Source: Saccharofermentans sp. (GTDB lineage Bacteria; Bacillota; Clostridia; Saccharofermentanales; Saccharofermentanaceae). Taken from it: DNA of 64,000 nucleotides. The position numbers and the translations under genes were made by a program. Under the pieces are notes generated by a model. The model saw nothing but the letters and a program-made list of their open reading frames with translations. It searched no databases and had not been told where the DNA came from. The stretch covers positions 9,546-73,545 of the forward strand of contig JAEFBB010000006.1 of assembly GCA_016292215.1 (NCBI GenBank), in the 5' to 3' direction. Of the stretch, positions 60,078-64,000 are shown in pieces; the stretch's first letter is position 1, and the number at the start of each line of letters is the position of its first letter.

Positions 60078-60563
60078 ATGGCAAATCCGATTGTTACGAT
60101 CCAGATGAAAGACGGCGGCGTTATGAAGGCAGAGCTTTATCCTGATATCGCGCCCATCACAGTAAAGAACTTCGTAGACCTGGCAGCTAAGGGCTTCTAT
60201 AACGGCCTTATCTTCCACAGAGTCATCCCTGACTTCATGATCCAGGGCGGCGATCCTGAGGGCACAGGCATGGGCGGTCCCGGCTACTGCATCAAGGGCG
60301 AGTTCTCCGCTAACGGCGTCAGGAACGACTTAAAGCACACCAGGGGCGTTCTCTCCATGGCACGTGCAAATGATCCTGATTCTGCAGGCTCACAGTTCTT
60401 CATCATGCACGCTGACTATCCGTATCTTGACGGACAGTATGCCGCTTTCGGCAAGCTCATCGAAGGTATCGAGGTAGTCGATAAGATCGCTTCGGTCAGG
60501 ACTGACTATAACGACAGACCTTTAGTACCCCAGCAGATCGAGTTCATGACCGTTCAGCTCTGA
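60078..60563 (+). CDS. Cyclophilin-type peptidyl-prolyl isomerase
   Basis: 'FHRVIPDFMIQGGDP', 'LSMARA', 'SAGSQFFI'. Confidence 0.93.
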   Translation: MANPIVTIQMKDGGVMKAELYPDIAPITVKNFVDLAAKGFYNGLIFHRVIPDFMIQGGDPEGTGMGGPGYCIKGEFSANGVRNDLKHTRGVLSMARANDPDSAGSQFFIMHADYPYLDGQYAAFGKLIEGIEVVDKIASVRTDYNDRPLVPQQIEFMTVQL

Positions 60564-60614
60564 TAAAGGTTTAACAAAAAGCAATTTAACGGCGGGGACT
60601 GAAGGACAAGGATA

Positions 60615-62240
60615 ATGAAGGAAGTAAAGCAGATAGGGGATGTATCCAAATCAAAGCAGAAGGCTGTCGGTGCCAAAAGACAGTCTTCACGCGAGAAGAA
60701 GATCATCACGATACCTTATCCGTGGCTTTACGCTTCAGCAGTCCTTTTCCTGACGATCCCGCTGTTTATGTTTTTCTTAGGGTATCTGCGCCTGCCGGTA
60801 GGCATCCCGCTTATGGTGATCTTTGCGGGAATACTGATGTTCTGCATTTCCGACTGTCTTAACGATGCGGACGGACATAAGCTGATAAGGCAGGACCACA
60901 GCCTTCAGATTCCGCTGTCTTATCTGGTGGGATTTGCGGTCACGGCGCTTTTGCTCTCGTTTATTTCCGGTGCGGGCGAATATATCTACACTCTCCAGGA
61001 CCACGCTTTCAGACGCGCGATCTTAAGAGACCTCATAGATTACGACTGGCCGGTCATCTACAATTATTCGACACAGACAAATCCCGAAGTGGTCAAGATC
61101 TTCGGGATCGCTTCAGGCGAGAGGGCTTTCTCGTATTACTTTATCTACTGGATGCCCGCAGCTCTCGCAGGAAAGATATTCGGCTTCGGCTTCGGCAACT
61201 TTGTCCTTCTGATCTGGAATGCCATCGGCATCTTCCTCTGCTTCATGACAGCGAGCGCGGTCATAAAGAGATTCACCGTTGCCGTTCCTTTCTTGTTCGT
61301 ATTTTTCTCAGGACTTGACGTGCTGCCGAATCTCGTCTATTCATTCATCCCGTACGGAGGCTGGCGCTGGTTTGAAGGCTATGTGCCCGTAATGTCTTAT
61401 GTCAGCAACTTCAGGGAACTCGCGAGCGTCTATAACCAGATGGTGCCCTGCTTCCTGATAGTCGCTCTTTTGCTCATGTCAAAGAACATCCGATCGATCG
61501 GCCTTACCGCAGGAATACTCTTTGCGTATTCGCCCTGGGCCGTATTCGGGATCCTGCCCATGGTGGCAGCGATACTCTTTAGAAAAGAGAACAGGGCCTC
61601 TACGACATTAAAGACTGTCACCAACATATTCAGCCCTGCAAATATCTCTTCAGCCTTCCTGCTGCTTTTAGTGTTCGGAAGTTACTACATGTCCAATTCC
61701 GGAGCAGTCGGCTTCAGAGGAGTTGCCTGGAAATTCTTCGATAATCCGTTGATGTTTATTCCCGCTTATATCGTATTCGTCGCAGTGGAAGTGCTGCCGT
61801 TCGTAATAATGCTCTATAAGCGCGAGAAAAGTAATATCATTTTCTGGGCAGCGGCTGTTACGCTTCTCATAATCCCTTTGTACAGGATCACCGAGATGAA
61901 TGATTTTACGATGAGAGGATCGATGCCCGCATTGTTCTTCTTCTGCATCGGGATAAGCGGACTTGTCGGCGATGTAATGGATGAGAAGAATACGCCCAAG
62001 ACAAAGAAGGGCTGGCTTAAGTCCGCGGCCGTCATGTTTACCGTAATACTCATGATGTTCCCGACATTGATGAATCTCTTCATCATATTCGGTTCTGTTA
62101 TCAACGGTGATAAGAGCGATAAGGAAGATATCGGTTCATTCGGCAACATCAATACGGCTTCATATGCCGAAGTCATTCAGGAACAGTTCTTTGCGGAAGG
62201 TTACGAGGACAGTTTCTTCTACAGATATTTAGCGAAATGA
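60615..62240 (+). CDS. Polytopic membrane protein, probable GT-C-type glycosyltransferase
   Basis: More than 10 TM helices, 'RDLIDYDWPV', 'YYFIYWMPAAL', 'NDFTMRGSMP'; next to GT2 and YfhO genes. Confidence 0.5.
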   Translation: MKEVKQIGDVSKSKQKAVGAKRQSSREKKIITIPYPWLYASAVLFLTIPLFMFFLGYLRLPVGIPLMVIFAGILMFCISDCLNDADGHKLIRQDHSLQIPLSYLVGFAVTALLLSFISGAGEYIYTLQDHAFRRAILRDLIDYDWPVIYNYSTQTNPEVVKIFGIASGERAFSYYFIYWMPAALAGKIFGFGFGNFVLLIWNAIGIFLCFMTASAVIKRFTVAVPFLFVFFSGLDVLPNLVYSFIPYGGWRWFEGYVPVMSYVSNFRELASVYNQMVPCFLIVALLLMSKNIRSIGLTAGILFAYSPWAVFGILPMVAAILFRKENRASTTLKTVTNIFSPANISSAFLLLLVFGSYYMSNSGAVGFRGVAWKFFDNPLMFIPAYIVFVAVEVLPFVIMLYKREKSNIIFWAAAVTLLIIPLYRITEMNDFTMRGSMPALFFFCIGISGLVGDVMDEKNTPKTKKGWLKSAAVMFTVILMMFPTLMNLFIIFGSVINGDKSDKEDIGSFGNINTASYAEVIQEQFFAEGYEDSFFYRYLAK

Positions 62241-63182
62241 TCAGTCTTTAGACTCTTCGGAAGGGATGTAGATCGGCCTGCCCTTAGACTCGATGTAAGT
62301 TCTTCCGATATATTCGCCTAAGATTCCGAGGCACATAAGAATAAGACCGCCGATAAAGAGGATGAAGCACAAGAGGGAAGGATAACCAGGTACCTCATTG
62401 TAGATCCTCAATATGATCGCGCGGATGAAGTAGTAGACGAGGTAAGCAAATCCGAGGAAAGCAAAGAAGAATCCCGAATATGTCGCAAGCCTCAGAGGTG
62501 CTGTCGTAAATGATACGATGCCGTCGACGGCATAGCGGAAGAGTTTCCAGAAGCTCCACTTGGTCTCGCCTGCGGCACGCTCGACATTCTCATGCTCTAC
62601 CCACTTGGTCCTGAAGCCGACCCACGCGAAAATACCCTTTGAGAAACGCTGGCGCTCGGTAAGGCTCAGGATGGCATCGACGACTTCGCGTCTCATAAGC
62701 CTGAAGTCTCTTGCGCCGTCTGCGATCTCGATATCGCACATGCGGTTGATCATCTTATAGAAGCGGCGCGCGAAGAAGCTCCTGATCATGGGCTCGCCTT
62801 TACGCGTGACTCTTCTTGCGGCGATGATGTCGTAATCGCCGGTGTCGAGGTCTTGTATCATCTGCGGAATAAGTGACGGCGGATCTTGCATGTCGGCATC
62901 GAGGATGGCGATGTAATCGCCTTTTGCCTTCTGCATGCCTGCATACATTGCAGCTTCCTTACCGAAATTCCTTGAGAAGAAAACATATTTAACGGACTTG
63001 TCGCTCTCAGCCAGAGACTTGATGATCTGCGCTGTCTTGTCGCGGCTTCCGTCGTTAACGAAAACAAACTCGTAAGATCTGTCGGGAGAAGTGTCTTCCC
63101 TGCGGACATTGCACAGTGCTTCATAAAGGATCGGCAAAGATCCTTCTTCGTTATAGCAGGGAACTATAAGACTTATCAGCAC
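62241..63182 (-). CDS. GtrB/CsbB-like GT2 polyprenol-phosphate glycosyltransferase
   Basis: 'VPCYNEE', 'NDGSRD', 'SRNFGKEAA', 'DADMQDPP', two C-terminal TMs, 'GEYIGR'. Confidence 0.9.
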   Translation of the reverse strand: MLISLIVPCYNEEGSLPILYEALCNVRREDTSPDRSYEFVFVNDGSRDKTAQIIKSLAESDKSVKYVFFSRNFGKEAAMYAGMQKAKGDYIAILDADMQDPPSLIPQMIQDLDTGDYDIIAARRVTRKGEPMIRSFFARRFYKMINRMCDIEIADGARDFRLMRREVVDAILSLTERQRFSKGIFAWVGFRTKWVEHENVERAAGETKWSFWKLFRYAVDGIVSFTTAPLRLATYSGFFFAFLGFAYLVYYFIRAIILRIYNEVPGYPSLLCFILFIGGLILMCLGILGEYIGRTYIESKGRPIYIPSEESKD

Positions 63183-63235
63183 AACACGCTCTCCTTAAAA
63201 TCATCAGCAGTCACTTAAGTGATGCCGGTCTCTCC

Positions 63236-63310
63236 CAGACTATTTAATCTGTTTTGCGACAATTGCGCGAGCACCGCGAGACGCAGTCGCGAAATAGATT
63301 AAATAGTCTG
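63236..63310. repeat. Long inverted repeat (25-bp stem) in divergent promoter region
   Basis: CAGACTATTTAATCTGTTTTGCGAC ... GTCGCGAAATAGATTAAATAGTCTG. Confidence 0.75.
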
Positions 63311-63374
63311 TTTGTATTATAATCAAAAAATCTGAATCATTACAATAAAAAGCCGAAGAAAGGGCAGACTGATA

Positions 63375-64000
63375 ATGAAAGAACTCTCAAGTCTTGACGG
63401 CGGTTCCGCGAAGAAACCGTCAGGCAAAACGACAGGAAAACCGTCAAGTAAACAGCCAGTTAAGCCTGCTTTGAAGCCGCGCGGAAAACGTGACCTTCGT
63501 CCGCTTATTGCTTTCGCTTTAACACTGGTCCTTTATCTTGCTGCAATGGTTCTTTGCAACAAGTATCCTCTGGGCCAGTATTCATTCCTTCAAAGTGATC
63601 TGAAGTCCCAGTATGCTCCTTTCCTTGCTCTGCTGAAAAACAAGCTCGCTGACTTAAACAGCGTGCCCGGGGAGCATGTCGGATCTTATCTCACATATTC
63701 ATTCCAGTTAGGTCTCGGAAAGAACTTCATGAGCACCTTCGGATATTACCTCGCAAGCCCTTTCAATCTGATATATCTTTTCGTTGACGAAGCACAGATC
63801 GACGCAGCGGTTATTACGATCGTCATCTTAAAGCTCAGTCTTGCAGCAAGCTTCATGAGCCTTTTCCTCGGAAAGAGGATCGAGGATAAGAAGTCATACT
63901 GGCCCGTCCTTCTCGGAATCGCTTATGCGTTTTCGCTCTATTCACAGGCATATATCTTCCACATCATGTGGCTCGATGGCTATATGCTCCTGCCCCTGAT
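63375..64000 (+). CDS. YfhO family membrane glycosyltransferase (3'-truncated; absent from the ORF track)
   Basis: Translates to ...KYPLGQYSFLQSDLKSQYAPF...YSFQLGLGKNF...YYLASPFN..., the typical YfhO N-terminus. Confidence 0.82.
   Translation, partial: MKELSSLDGGSAKKPSGKTTGKPSSKQPVKPALKPRGKRDLRPLIAFALTLVLYLAAMVLCNKYPLGQYSFLQSDLKSQYAPFLALLKNKLADLNSVPGEHVGSYLTYSFQLGLGKNFMSTFGYYLASPFNLIYLFVDEAQIDAAVITIVILKLSLAASFMSLFLGKRIEDKKSYWPVLLGIAYAFSLYSQAYIFHIMWLDGYMLLPL

Noticed and set aside
1-64000. Prophage, IS, tRNA/rRNA or defence island
   Set aside because: No integrase, transposase, phage or defence motifs and no tRNA/rRNA-like sequence recognised by eye

Overview
A gene-dense, core-chromosome window from an anaerobic Firmicute. 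Gene content and order suggest a Clostridia member, plausibly a fibre-degrading gut or rumen organism (inference only). I found no CRISPR array, tRNA/rRNA, prophage or transposase. It carries transport and housekeeping genes, a GH94 cellobiose/cellodextrin phosphorylase pair with a sugar-binding lipoprotein, hprK-murB-rapZ-whiA, the secY-adk-map-infA-rpmJ-rpsM-rpsK-rpsD-rpoA-rplQ-ecf-truA block and a cell-envelope glycosylation cluster. The most unusual signals are: (1) a circularly permuted amino-acid ABC substrate-binding lipoprotein; (2) an orphan sigma-A-driven small RNA of about 120 nt that shares a 13-nt motif with the leader of the sugar-binding protein gene; (3) a full-length carboxyspermidine-dehydrogenase homologue lacking its conserved motifs, directly upstream of a PAS-GGDEF cyclase; (4) a small membrane protein with a LexA-like box and a C-terminal AA degron; (5) a DeoB-DeoC fusion; (6) a divergent secY detached from the spc operon. 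All family calls come from motif recognition by eye, not from database searches.
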